Positions 30,036 to 40,300 of a stretch of 64,000 bases of DNA are shown one piece after another. Location: IMG/VR virus record IMGVR_UViG_3300032243_000867, positions 201,896-265,895 of that record, one strand, 5' to 3'. Source of the stretch: a virus. Its lineage: Duplodnaviria; Caudoviricetes. The notes beneath the pieces were generated by a model. It ran no database searches and had not been told where the DNA came from. It was given only the letters and a program-made list of their open reading frames with translations. The translations under genes were made by a program, and so were the position numbers. The stretch's first letter is position 1; the number at the start of each line of letters is the position of its first letter.

Positions 30036-30638
30036 TCACCCCGGAAGATTTGAAGCCTCTGGAGTCAGTTCATTGCCGAACCGATCCCACCCGTTGATCG
30101 TACTCCCACGGGCAAACATCTCCAGTCTTCTTACGCCCGGTCCGAACAGGGACTCGATTCTTGCCCGCACCTCAACGGGCTTTTGCGAGTGTGCCCCGCG
30201 AGGTGCCAGCACCACCTGTCCGACGCCCTCGTCGAACACGGGCAATGGGCGTCCAAGTTTCTGGGTGCTCCCGACCAGCACCAGTTCTGTCGTGGGCTTC
30301 ACCACCGTAGGGCGCACGCCTTGACCGTGGATCACTTTGCCACTCACGGTGGTCTTTACCCACACGAAGGCCACGCCTCGGTAGACGAAACCCCACTGTT
30401 CCATGAGCTTCATTGCGGCGTCGAGACGAGGGCACGTCGCCCACATCAGCAGGACGGCCCGGTTGCGGCACTTCGCCCGGACGGGCATCGCCGCTAGGTC
30501 CGCATCGGACATCAACCCGTAGTGCTTCCCGGCGGCACCGTACTTGTCGGACTCCCCGTAGTAGTACCAAGGGGGGTCCGCGTACACCACGTCGTAGGCG
30601 TCCTCAGGGATGTCGTTGAAGTCGGTGAAGATTGTCAC
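30036..30638 (-). CDS. MT-A70 family N6-adenine methyltransferase
   Basis: YDVVYADPPW, LLMWAT, WGFVYRGVAFVWVK, HSQKP, LEMFARG. Confidence 0.9.
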   Translation of the reverse strand: MTIFTDFNDIPEDAYDVVYADPPWYYYGESDKYGAAGKHYGLMSDADLAAMPVRAKCRNRAVLLMWATCPRLDAAMKLMEQWGFVYRGVAFVWVKTTVSGKVIHGQGVRPTVVKPTTELVLVGSTQKLGRPLPVFDEGVGQVVLAPRGAHSQKPVEVRARIESLFGPGVRRLEMFARGSTINGWDRFGNELTPEASNLPG

Positions 30639-31588
30639 AGGGAGAAGAAGTCAAGGACATTTTCGTCCGTCGCCTTGTCGAACACTCCCCCCGGATACCG
30701 TGGGTCCACGGGACCGATCTCTGCCGTGGCGCGCTTCGCATCCCCCTTCACGAACACCAGCACCATCTGGTGCCTCATGCCCGCCTTGCGGCTGGCCTCG
30801 AACTGGCGTGTCACCCGAAGGCGCAAGGTGCCTACGGAGTTCACGAGAACGAACTGGTTGTAAAACAGGGCCCCGGCTTCCTCAAAGGCCCTCACCGTTT
30901 CCCCCGTGAAGTCGAACATACTGCCGTCCTTCAGACGGTAGTTCCCCACGACGAACGCTGCGAAACGGTTGGGCTTGAGGTACTTCAGGGTGTGCTGGAT
31001 GATCGTCCGGTAGGTGGCCACGAAGTCCCGGTGGGACATGTTGGACAAGTCCTTCGGGTCGTCGCTGTACACCTCCAAGTCGCCATAGGGGGGGCAGGAG
31101 AACACGAAATCGTAGAGCGCCCCCTCGGGCAAGAGGGTAGGGATGTTCGAGCTATCCCCGCAAACCCACTTGACGTCGGCTTCAGGGCACACGACTTGGT
31201 ATTGGGTGAGGTTCTCCGTCACCTGTTCCGGCCTCAAGTCCACCCCGGTATAGCTGCGGCCCAGCCTTCCAGCTACCACCCCACGGGTGCTGCCCCCTGC
31301 GAACGGATCGAGGATAGAACCCGTGTTGGGGGTGAACCAGCGGTACATCATCTCGCACAGCACCGGGTCGAACGTGCTGGTAGTTCCAGCACTCTCGAAC
31401 TGGGACTGGAGGAAGTCCTCTATCTCCTTATCGCCGTAGGTAAGGGCTACGTCACGGCCTGACGCACTGTTGATGCCCAACTCATCCCACAGCCTCACCC
31501 GAGCGCGCCACGGACCTTGAACGGTGTCCAAGACGCTGAACGGTGGAATGATGAATCTGTCGAACAGGGCCCCACTTTTCTCGTCCAT
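30635..31588 (-). CDS. DNA methyltransferase (N4-C/N6-A type)
   Basis: FDPVLCEMMYRWF, ILDPFAGGSTRG (SAM binding), FSCPPYGDLEVYSDDP (catalytic). Confidence 0.88.
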   Translation of the reverse strand: MDEKSGALFDRFIIPPFSVLDTVQGPWRARVRLWDELGINSASGRDVALTYGDKEIEDFLQSQFESAGTTSTFDPVLCEMMYRWFTPNTGSILDPFAGGSTRGVVAGRLGRSYTGVDLRPEQVTENLTQYQVVCPEADVKWVCGDSSNIPTLLPEGALYDFVFSCPPYGDLEVYSDDPKDLSNMSHRDFVATYRTIIQHTLKYLKPNRFAAFVVGNYRLKDGSMFDFTGETVRAFEEAGALFYNQFVLVNSVGTLRLRVTRQFEASRKAGMRHQMVLVFVKGDAKRATAEIGPVDPRYPGGVFDKATDENVLDFFSL

Positions 31589-32469
31589 CACTTCACCAGC
31601 CTCGGAAGAGTTACGCCTGTCTGCCCTTGATACTTGCCCTTGCGGTCGGCGTAGGAGGTTTTGCAGGGGGAGGGGGATCGCAGGAAGATGAACTGACACG
31701 CGCCCTCGTTGGCGTAGAGCTTCGCGGGCAGGGGCGTGGTGTTCGAGAACTCCAGCGTGACGTACCCTTCCCACTCGGGTTCCAGCGGGGTCACGTTCAC
31801 GATGATGCCGCACCGGGCATAGGTGGACTTCCCGACGCACACCACCAGCACGTCCCGGGGGATGCGGAACCGTTCGACGGTGCGGCCCAGAACGAAGCTG
31901 TTGGGCGGGATGATCACGTATCCCTCGGTCGCCCGCACATCTACGAAGCCTCGGTCGTCAAAGCCCTTCGGGTCGATCACGGCACCGTAGGTGTTCGTGA
32001 ACACCTTGAACTCGTCGGCCACCCTCGCGTCATACCCGTAGGAACTCACCCCGTAGGACAGCACCCGTTGATCGTCGCGCTTCGAGACTTGCGAGCTCTC
32101 ATAGGGGGTGATCATCCCGGCTTGGGCGAGCGCGGTGATCTCGTGGTCTGGGAGGATGCCGGGAGCGCCCTTGGGGAACTCGACCTTCGCATCGCCGTCC
32201 ACGGGACGAAAGCGTTCTTTCAGCATCTCCCGCACGTCCTCCAGCTTCGCCACCACCTCATCGCGCGCATCCTCGTCCGCCTCAAGCTCTTGAAGAGCCG
32301 ACTCGATCCCCTCAAGGGCGCTCTCCCCGTTGGCATCTTCGGCCTCCAGCACGTTGTCGAGGGCTTCCTGCGCGCACTCCTCAAACGTGCGGTTGCCCAT
32401 CAAAAACTGCGTGAAGGCGTAGTCCGTAAGCGGGTTGATTTTTTCGGCCCAGTAGCGGATGTCCCTCAT
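31588..32469 (-). CDS. dcd: dCTP deaminase with an acidic N-terminal extension of about 110 aa
   Basis: [54 protein letters not shown]. Confidence 0.93.
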   Translation of the reverse strand: MRDIRYWAEKINPLTDYAFTQFLMGNRTFEECAQEALDNVLEAEDANGESALEGIESALQELEADEDARDEVVAKLEDVREMLKERFRPVDGDAKVEFPKGAPGILPDHEITALAQAGMITPYESSQVSKRDDQRVLSYGVSSYGYDARVADEFKVFTNTYGAVIDPKGFDDRGFVDVRATEGYVIIPPNSFVLGRTVERFRIPRDVLVVCVGKSTYARCGIIVNVTPLEPEWEGYVTLEFSNTTPLPAKLYANEGACQFIFLRSPSPCKTSYADRKGKYQGQTGVTLPRLVK

Positions 32470-32605
32470 CGTCACCTCCACAGCACAAACCACGTCACGC
32501 CAAAATAGCCTACCGCCCAAGCGCCTACGACAAGGGGCACGAGATTCCAGAGGTTGACCTCGTCGGGGGGTTCCTCGGTCGGTTCGTCTCGCGTCCAGCC
32601 TTCAT

Positions 32606-32851
32606 TCATGCCACAGGGTGCATATAGGCGAGCACCCGTGCCGCGAGCGCATGGGCGCGGCAGTGGACGTACTCACCTTTCACCTCGGCGGGCATCCCGG
32701 CCACGAGGATCGTTTCGTCGAAGGTCTTACCTCCCACGGCGACCGTGACGTACAGGGAGTCGGTGTCTCGCTCCTCGGCGCGGATCGTAGCCCCGTGGGG
32801 GGTGAGGTGTGCGTCGAGAACGCCTTGGGCCTCTTCGATCAGTGTGCTCAC
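32606..32851 (-). CDS. Hypothetical protein
   Basis: 81-aa ORF, GTGA overlap with the upstream gene. Confidence 0.6.
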   Translation of the reverse strand: MSTLIEEAQGVLDAHLTPHGATIRAEERDTDSLYVTVAVGGKTFDETILVAGMPAEVKGEYVHCRAHALAARVLAYMHPVA

Positions 32852-33075
32852 GGTGTCACGTCCTTCGCCTTGGCTTCGATCCAGAATTTGTCCCCACGAC
32901 GGACGACCTTCTCCCCGGCCTCACGAAGCACCCGGATGTCTCGGCTCAGAGTCCGGTCCGACACGCCCAATTCCTCTGCCGTGCCGTAGAGGCAGATGCG
33001 CTCCCCCCGGTCGAGCCGACGCAGGAGGTGGATAGCCCGGAGGGTCTGTTGGCTGGCACCTTTCGGTCGCCCCAT
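32848..33075 (-). CDS. HTH DNA-binding protein (HTH_11-like)
   Basis: MGRPKGASQQTLRAIHLL...TAEELGVSDRTLSRDIRVLREAG; start reassigned to ATG 33075. Confidence 0.75.
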   Translation of the reverse strand: MGRPKGASQQTLRAIHLLRRLDRGERICLYGTAEELGVSDRTLSRDIRVLREAGEKVVRRGDKFWIEAKAKDVTP

Positions 33076-33479
33076 CACTTCATCCCCAGCAGGGCGAGGA
33101 GGTCGTGACCGCCCGTGTTCTTGGCGGGGGCCGTTTTCCGGGCGGGCGGTGTGGGTGACTCGGGGGTTTTGACGACGGGGCGAGCCGCCTCGACGGGCGC
33201 TTTCACGGAGGCGGCGGGAGCCTTCTTTTCCCGCGCGCTCTCGGGCGCGGCTTCGGATGTGCCCTTGGGCGGGTCCGGGAGCCGTTGACTCTCGGGGTCT
33301 CGCTTCTGTCCGTCTCTCACAACGGACGCCATGGCATTCCCGCACGGGTCGCAGTAGGGAGACCACTCGCAGTCCTCGTCCGGGAACGTCTTGAGGGACA
33401 TAGTGGCATACGTCCCGTCCCGGCAGAGACGGCAATACGGGTGAGGACTCGGGGGCAGGGGGGCCTGTCGTTTCTTCAT
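33075..33479 (-). CDS. Zinc-finger protein with Pro/Ala/Lys-rich tail
   Basis: CRLC...CDPC pair. Confidence 0.6.
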   Translation of the reverse strand: MKKRQAPLPPSPHPYCRLCRDGTYATMSLKTFPDEDCEWSPYCDPCGNAMASVVRDGQKRDPESQRLPDPPKGTSEAAPESAREKKAPAASVKAPVEAARPVVKTPESPTPPARKTAPAKNTGGHDLLALLGMK

Positions 33480-33482
33480 ACC

Positions 33483-33668
33483 CTAGCTCGCCATCAATCG
33501 GAGGTAATCCATCACGAGGGCGGAAACGCAGTCCTCCAGGGGGAGATTCGGGTCGTCGTGCCCCGACTTCACGAGAATCTCTCGAAGAGAGTTTTCCCAG
33601 CTGAGTGACTCGTCGAGGTACTTCACCAGTGCGTTCATCAGCATCTCGTTTGCTTCCGCGTCTTCCAT
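33483..33668 (-). CDS. Hypothetical protein (61 aa)
   Basis: MEDAEANEMLMNALV...; ATG 7 nt after GGGCGTAA. Confidence 0.55.
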   Translation of the reverse strand: MEDAEANEMLMNALVKYLDESLSWENSLREILVKSGHDDPNLPLEDCVSALVMDYLRLMAS

Positions 33669-33675
33669 GCGGACT

Positions 33676-33683
33676 TTACGCCC
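33676..33683 (-). promoter_or_regulatory. GGGCGTAA motif
   Basis: 7 nt upstream of ATG 33668. Confidence 0.55.
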
Positions 33684-33702
33684 GAGAGCGTGAAATCCCC
33701 CG

Positions 33703-34422
33703 ATGCCGAAACGCCTCCCCTGGACGCCCGAAGAGCTGGAAGATTTGCGGAGACTCTGCGAGAAGCGGAAGAACCACCGCCTCGACTGGAAGAAGATTCT
33801 CAAACGGTTTCCCGACCGTTCCGTTCACGCGATCAACAAGCGGATGCACCTACACGGGATGTGCAAACCCCGGTCCTGGACACCGCGCGAGGATGAAACC
33901 CTCCTCCTGAACTGGAACGATTCGGCCCTCGCCTCTCTGAAAAAGTACCTTCCGGGCAGGACGAAGGACGGAATCTACGGGCGAGCGCGGAAGCTGGGTC
34001 TGAGCGCGGGAACGCCCCAAGGGATGATCTCTTTGAAGTCGTTGTCGGAGGACCCGGCATGGGGGTACGACTACTACAAAACCCTGCGGATTCTTCAAAC
34101 GGCGGGCATCGTCGTGAGGCGATTTGGTTACACGGGAAACAAGAGCGGGGTTCGGTACGTCGAACGGGACGGGGCCCGCCGCGCCGCTGTGGAGTGGGAA
34201 CGAAAGATTGCCGAAGAGCGGGTCGGGAAAGAGACTCCGAAGGAGGCCGCGGCGAGGTTGCACGTTCGCCCGAGCACTTTTCGAGATTGGCTGACCCTAG
34301 AGGGTATGCTCCCCCCGAAGAGCCGCGAGAACAAGCGGCTGTTCTGGGCCGTGCCCGAAGTGTTCGACCGGGTGTACGCGAAGTACGGGGCTAACCGCCC
34401 GACGCGGACTGAATCTCCCTAG
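33703..34422 (+). CDS. Tandem Myb/SANT-like repeat DNA-binding protein with C-terminal HTH
   Basis: WTPEELEDL...WKKILKRFPDRSVHAINKR and WTPREDETL...LPGRTKDGIYGRARKLGL; TPKEAAARLHVRPSTFRDW. Confidence 0.7.
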   Translation: MPKRLPWTPEELEDLRRLCEKRKNHRLDWKKILKRFPDRSVHAINKRMHLHGMCKPRSWTPREDETLLLNWNDSALASLKKYLPGRTKDGIYGRARKLGLSAGTPQGMISLKSLSEDPAWGYDYYKTLRILQTAGIVVRRFGYTGNKSGVRYVERDGARRAAVEWERKIAEERVGKETPKEAAARLHVRPSTFRDWLTLEGMLPPKSRENKRLFWAVPEVFDRVYAKYGANRPTRTESP

Positions 34423-36946
34423 CCACAATGTCGATGAGAATAGAGGGAGCCGACCCCGCGACAAAGACCAGCCCGCCCGCGTAGGCTTTCGGACCTTCCT
34501 GGGGTTTTTCCCGCGCTGAGACGAGCCCCGATACGATCCCAGAGGTTCCGTTCGTGATGAGCACTAGCACCTTCGCGCTCGGAAAAGAAATCTGGTAGGG
34601 GATGTCCAGCAGGGTTTCGATGCGCCGGATGAGTTCCTGAATCTCCCGCACCCGTTGCTCCAGGAAGTCGATCACGCGGGTGATCCCGTCGGATACGTCT
34701 TCCCCCCCGGCGAACAACGTGTTGAAGAACCCGTCCACTTTGTTGAGAACGGTGAGCACCGCGCCCGTCGGGGCGCGCGGGGCGAACACTCTCTTCGAGA
34801 CCCAAGTCCCCCCTGCCGTGGAGGCGGTCTGGCTAGAGGTGAGGGCGAGAACGGTCGCCGCCTTCTCGTAGATTTCGTCCGGGATCAAGTCCCGGACGAA
34901 CCAGTATTGCGGCTGCGCTCCGCGGGAGGGGCCGATGACCGGGGAACTGTCAAGGGACGTGGGGTGGTAGGTGATCCCGAAGGTTCCTTCGAGCCACTTC
35001 GCGCGGATTTCCTCCAGAACGGCAGCGGGGGTTCCGCTGGGGTTGCTGTAGTACAGGCGGGTGGTGTTACGGTTGCGGGAGAGGGGCGTGTTGACGTTCG
35101 TGGACAGGAGGGACTGTAGGATCGTGTACCGAAGAGCGGGGTTCCCGCTTGCGACGGACGTAGGGCTATCCGACCATTTCCAATTCACCAAGTCTTCGAG
35201 AGTCGGCTGAAGAGAGTCGAGGAGGTCTTGCGAGAGGACCCCTTGGGTACGGATGTATGCGTCTGCGGCGGCTGAGATACGGGGGTACAGATCCGATACG
35301 AACCCGTTCGGTGACTCGGTAGACGGGCGCTGGTTGTAGTAGTTTTCTGGGGTGGGGATGAGCAGCTTCTGACTGATCTCGGTCGCAACGGACTCCAGAC
35401 CCGTGGGCTGGTAGGTTCTGTCAGGCGGGGGATTCTGACCGCCCGATACCGGGTCGGGTGTGTCGAGGTCGCTGCGGGAGAGGGTGACGATAGCGAGGGC
35501 CGTTTGTAGAGCCTGGGCGTAGAGGTTCTGTTGAGCGTTGGGGATGGCGATTTCGACAACCTCACTGGGCGTGCCGAGGTCGCTTGCGCCGAGGGGCTCG
35601 GGATCGCCAGAAATCACAACCGGGTTGAGGTTGACGATGGTCTGATCACTACTCGTCCAACGCTGCGGCTTCCATTGAGCGGAGCGAAAGTTGTTTTCGT
35701 CTACACGGTTCGACACCGGGATCACCCGGACGTACACCGAGCGAGGGCGCTCCTTCAAGGACGGGTCGAACTCCCCGTTCACGATGGGGCAGTACCAAGG
35801 GAGGTCCGTCTCCGAGAGGGTGATGGAGTAGTTCCCACCCATGATTCCCTGGGCGATGGCTTCAGCCTTGGTGACGAAAAATCGCTTCTGGTTGTAGTAC
35901 GTTTCGCCCGTCTTACCGAATGCCTTGCGGATCACCTCGGGCGTGCGGGCATCCCGGTAGAAGTACAGGGGGTGGGAACCGCTATCAAGGTTCGTTCCGG
36001 GAGTGAAACCCGGAGGCCATTGAACCGGGGGTTCAATGAGGATGGCGTCTTCCCCGCCGAAGATCACAAGGGGCTGTCCGGTGGTGCTGGTCTGGTATTG
36101 GCCCGTGGTGAAGGCTTGTGTGTTCCCGCCTCCCGTGGGGCTGGGGGTATTTCCAATACCCGTACCCGAGGGGGCGGGGCCGATCCACGCAGCGGTGAAG
36201 CCCTGGGGGTAGCAGGACACTTCGACGATGAACCCGCAAGGAGGAACGGTGGGCTGAGCGTCTTGGCTGTTTCCGTTCGGGGCCGGGGCGGTGTTCCAGA
36301 CGATCTGGGTGCGGGTTCTTCCGAGCAGGGACGAAAGGGCAAGAGTGAAGTCCTGGGCCGTGGATGCGTCCGGGCTGGTGTACTCAGCCCGGAGGTTCAC
36401 CGCAACGGGGAGGGAAAGGTCGTTCCCATCAAACGACAGACCGAGGAGGGTGGCGAAAGACCGAAGGAGTTGACGCAGGGGGCCGAAGCGCGAGGTGTCG
36501 ATCAGGTCGTCGATGAAAGAGATGTCCACCCCGATGTAGAAGAACAAAGCCAGCACCGTGGCCGAGTTCGTGTAGTCCGGGCGGTTGGGGTCGCTGCGGT
36601 CGTTGAGCCTTTGGAGCATCCGGCGCTCGTAGGCCCGGTATCCGCCCTTGAGCCCCGCGGTTCCTTGTCTGAGTAACCGGAGGTCCCCGAGGTTCGCGTA
36701 GACCCCGAGGCTGAAGAGGTCTTGGATGAGGCTTCGTAGTTGGTCGAGAATCTCTCGGACGAGCGCGCGAGCAGGGTTCAGGTTCGAGGTGACGAAGGTC
36801 TTGGCGATCTCACCGACTTCCAGAGCGATGCTGAGAGCTTCGTTGAGAATCTCCAGAAAGCTCTTGGCCGCTTCAATAGCCGCAACGGCTTCCTCCGAGA
36901 CGAGCTGAATATCCAGCCCTCCCCACGTCGCTACGGTGCTTGGCAT
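34391..36946 (-). CDS. Virion-module structural protein (851 aa)
   Basis: Long ORF with helical termini, last gene of the minus-strand structural block. Confidence 0.7.
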   Translation of the reverse strand: MPSTVATWGGLDIQLVSEEAVAAIEAAKSFLEILNEALSIALEVGEIAKTFVTSNLNPARALVREILDQLRSLIQDLFSLGVYANLGDLRLLRQGTAGLKGGYRAYERRMLQRLNDRSDPNRPDYTNSATVLALFFYIGVDISFIDDLIDTSRFGPLRQLLRSFATLLGLSFDGNDLSLPVAVNLRAEYTSPDASTAQDFTLALSSLLGRTRTQIVWNTAPAPNGNSQDAQPTVPPCGFIVEVSCYPQGFTAAWIGPAPSGTGIGNTPSPTGGGNTQAFTTGQYQTSTTGQPLVIFGGEDAILIEPPVQWPPGFTPGTNLDSGSHPLYFYRDARTPEVIRKAFGKTGETYYNQKRFFVTKAEAIAQGIMGGNYSITLSETDLPWYCPIVNGEFDPSLKERPRSVYVRVIPVSNRVDENNFRSAQWKPQRWTSSDQTIVNLNPVVISGDPEPLGASDLGTPSEVVEIAIPNAQQNLYAQALQTALAIVTLSRSDLDTPDPVSGGQNPPPDRTYQPTGLESVATEISQKLLIPTPENYYNQRPSTESPNGFVSDLYPRISAAADAYIRTQGVLSQDLLDSLQPTLEDLVNWKWSDSPTSVASGNPALRYTILQSLLSTNVNTPLSRNRNTTRLYYSNPSGTPAAVLEEIRAKWLEGTFGITYHPTSLDSSPVIGPSRGAQPQYWFVRDLIPDEIYEKAATVLALTSSQTASTAGGTWVSKRVFAPRAPTGAVLTVLNKVDGFFNTLFAGGEDVSDGITRVIDFLEQRVREIQELIRRIETLLDIPYQISFPSAKVLVLITNGTSGIVSGLVSAREKPQEGPKAYAGGLVFVAGSAPSILIDIVAREIQSASGG

Positions 36947-36947
36947 A

Positions 36948-37157
36948 TTAGCTTGTCTTCTCCCCCGGGATGCCGTCCACCATTAGGCAGAGCATTTCGG
37001 CGGAGGTGTGTGAGTTGTTCATGCTTGACTGGAGTATCTCGATGGAAGCGCCTTCTTTTACCGCCGCATCGAAAGCCTCCGAAGCGGCATGAAAGTCTTC
37101 CGCCCTCCCGCTGAGTAGGAACGCGAAGTAAGCATCCGTGAAGTCGGAGAGACTCAT
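36948..37157 (-). CDS. Hypothetical protein (69 aa)
   Basis: MSLSDFTDAYFAF...; ATGA overlap with the upstream gene. Confidence 0.5.
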   Translation of the reverse strand: MSLSDFTDAYFAFLLSGRAEDFHAASEAFDAAVKEGASIEILQSSMNNSHTSAEMLCLMVDGIPGEKTS

Positions 37158-37387
37158 GCCCCGCCCCCGTTCTTCATTCTCTCCCTCTGCTCCAAGGCGG
37201 CTTCCAGCTTGGACCGGCTCTCCGCGAGTTCCGTCTGAAGTAGTTCTCGGAGCTTCATCAGAAGTTCTCGGTTCTTCTGAATCGTCGGAAGCTCGTTGAT
37301 GTCTACGGGTTGGGTCTCCACCCATCGGGCATCTTCGGGCTTCAGCCCAAGAGCCTCTAGCCTCTTGAGCATTTCGGGGTCGATCAC
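37154..37387 (-). CDS. Small coiled-coil protein
   Basis: 77-aa ORF with GTGA and ATGA overlaps on both sides. Confidence 0.65.
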   Translation of the reverse strand: MIDPEMLKRLEALGLKPEDARWVETQPVDINELPTIQKNRELLMKLRELLQTELAESRSKLEAALEQRERMKNGGGA

Positions 37388-40300
37388 GGCAGCTTCTCCA
37401 CGGACTGTACGGTAAGCAGGGCTCTCTCAGCTTCGGCTTCGCGCTTGGGGCGTTCGATGTCGAAGCGGCGGATGCTTTCTAGGCTACCCGTCACGCGGTT
37501 CACGCGCAGGTCCAGCCATGCGTACCGGGTCGCGCGGAGCTTGTCCCGCCCGTCGAGGGCTTCATTCACCCGGTCCACCAGCACGGGTCGCCCCACTCCG
37601 TTCGAGAGGTCGGCATACGGGGTCACGGGGAGTGCCGCGTAGCGCGGCCCCACGGTGTCCAGCCGGTAGTCAAGGCACCAGAAGCGGCGGTCGAGGATAG
37701 AGAGACAATCCCGCACGTTCGAGAACGGCGATACCGTCCAGTTGCCGATCAGCCCCAAGAGGTACGGGTTGGTGAGCAGCCCCAGACCGCTTTCGGGGTC
37801 GGTGGTCAACCCGAGGTCGGTGATGTGCTGGTCGCGTTGGAACAAGAAGTACGTCCCGTACTTGAACCGCACGGCGCGGATCTCTTCCATCCACGACAGC
37901 ATTCGTTCGCGCATGGAAAGGATGAGCTCGACCGTCTTCGAGGAGAGCAGGGAGGTCGGTCGGATCACCCGGTACGCGAAGGGCTCGACGGACTTGAACG
38001 TGGTCGTGTACGAGTTGCCCACGGGCGGGGCGGTCTCGCGCAGGTCCATCTGCCCTTCCGTACCGCCCGTGAGCCCGCTGGCGTGGACAGTGGGGTAGAC
38101 GGTGTAGGCGTTCGTGCCCGATCCGAAGGTCACGTCCCCGCCGTTGTTGCCCGCGAGTCCTCCGATGGCTTCGACGGTGAGCTGGGTAGCCGTGCGGGAG
38201 ACGACCCGGTAGTAGCCCCGGTTGTCGTCGGCGCGGGCGGGGCTTCCCGCTGCGTAGTTCGCCCTACCCGTCACGGCGTTGTCGCCGTAGGGGCGTCGCC
38301 CGTACTGCGGCGGGGTAGTAGAACCCGCGGGGGTGGTAAGGGTTCCCGCCGGGTCGATGACGACGATGTCGCCCTCAGCTACCCCTGCCGCCGTGTAGTT
38401 CACCGTGGTGTCGGTGTCCCCGATCTTGTTCGTAGCCGGGGCGCGTCCGCCCGTTTGTGCCACGAGGTTCGCGGGTCTGTTGATCAGCACCCGGTCGGTC
38501 GCGTAGCCGAGAAGTTCCTCGTTGGATTGCTCGTGCGGGACGGGCGGAACCTTCAGGTACACCTCGAAGCGCGCACCGGGGGCGACCGTCACCTTGCGGG
38601 ACAGAGTGAGGGTACGGGCTCCCGTGACCTTCACCACCTCTGCCCGTGCGGCGATCACCCCCGAAGCGTTGATGAAACGCACCTCGTCGCCGGGGTTCAC
38701 GTTCACGAGCTTGCTGGTGAAGTCGCCCAGTTGGGTAGCGGTTCCGCCCACGGTTGCCACGGGGGGCACCGCGCCGTCCACGGCGTCGGCGGTGAGAACC
38801 CCGTACCCGCCCGAAGCGGTGACGGTGGAGACGATGCCACGGCGGATCTCGTAGCTGTACCGCAGGGACAGCAGGGCTTCCGCGAACGAGTTGCCGAGGT
38901 CATGGAAGCGGCGCGGGCGGCGCACTTCGATCTGGCCCACCTCAAGGTACGAGTTTCCTGCTACCGGGACGCTGGTCATGTACGTGGTGAGGCGACGTAC
39001 GCCGACGCGGGACGTAGTGCTGGTGTTGCCCGCGTCCACGACGTTGCGATAGATGGGGTCCGCGAGGGTGTTGCCCGTGCGCGGGAACGAGGGCTCGACG
39101 TAGATGCCCGCCGCGCCCGAATAGTCCACCGTCCAAGCGTCACCGGGCAAGAAGCACCGCGCACCGTCGATGGCGAACGGCGGAGGGTACACGCCCGTAG
39201 GGGTGTGCAAGCGGTCCCAATCGGTGCCCGCAGTGTAGATACTGGTGATGTCCATCACGCCGGGGATCTCGTCGTACACGGGCGCGGACAGGGGTAGGAA
39301 CGTCTCCGAGGTGAGCTTGATCTTCTCGTACACGTCCACCTTCGAGGTGGCTGGCGGAACGTAGCTGAGAAACCCGAGCGTACTGGCCGTCCAATTGAGG
39401 GTGTTCGCGCCGCGCGTTGCTTGAAGGGTTCGCAGCCCGTAGGCTGAGTTCGGGCTCGCGCCGTCACCGCCGTTGCAATAGCCGGGGAGGTTCTCCGGGA
39501 TGCCGTCCCCGTGCGGGTTCAGCGGGATCATCGTGAAGCCCGACACCTTCAGGCCCGCCTGTGCGGCGGTTGCGAAGGCCGCTCCCGAGATGGCGAGCCC
39601 CTGCCCGTCTTGGTAGTTGTTCAGCCCCGTGAAATCCATGGTTACGGGGTTGAAGCCCGTGTAATCGGCGCTCACGATGCTGGAGGCGAACGTCGCGGGG
39701 ACAGGGCTATTCAACCCCGCCTCGTTGACGATCACGAACACCCGCCCAGCGGGTGGGAAGGTGTGCGTTTGTGCGGTGGCCGTTCCCGCCCAGTTCTTCG
39801 ACGGCGGGAGGGAAGGGATCTCCGACACGATCAGGTTCGTGGCGGTTGCCGTTACCACCGTGGGGAACGCCACCGGGAGCCAGCCCGAGGAATAGTCCCC
39901 CGCGCCATCGGGCACGGTGTACGTCACGTCGCGCCGTTCCAACCCGCCGCCGGAAGCGATCACTCCCCGTACGAGGTGCGTTCCCACCTTGCCGTTCTGC
40001 GCGGCCTTCGTGTACGCCGGGTCTTCGCTGTTCGACCGAAGGGTTACGATGTCGCCGGGGAGCACGCTGGCCGTCGCCCCCGTGAGCGTGGCCGAGGGAA
40101 TGAAGCGGTTGTCCCCCCATGAGAACGTGTGCGCCACGGGCGTGCCGTCGATACGGTCCGTGTACACGTCGGCGGTGAGGATCGCGTTCGTGGTGTTTTG
40201 CCGTGAGGACGGGGCGGCGCTGAACGTGATGTTCGTACCCGGGATAGCGATATTCCCGTGCCCCTCGAAGGGCATGGTCTTCAGGGCGAACACCCCGGTG

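Noticed and set aside
30131-30138. GGGCGTAA copy inside the MT-A70 gene (and an AGGCGTAA near 31611 inside dcd)
   Set aside because: These lie within coding sequence; a few chance copies are expected in a GC-rich 64-kb window, so they were not counted as promoters
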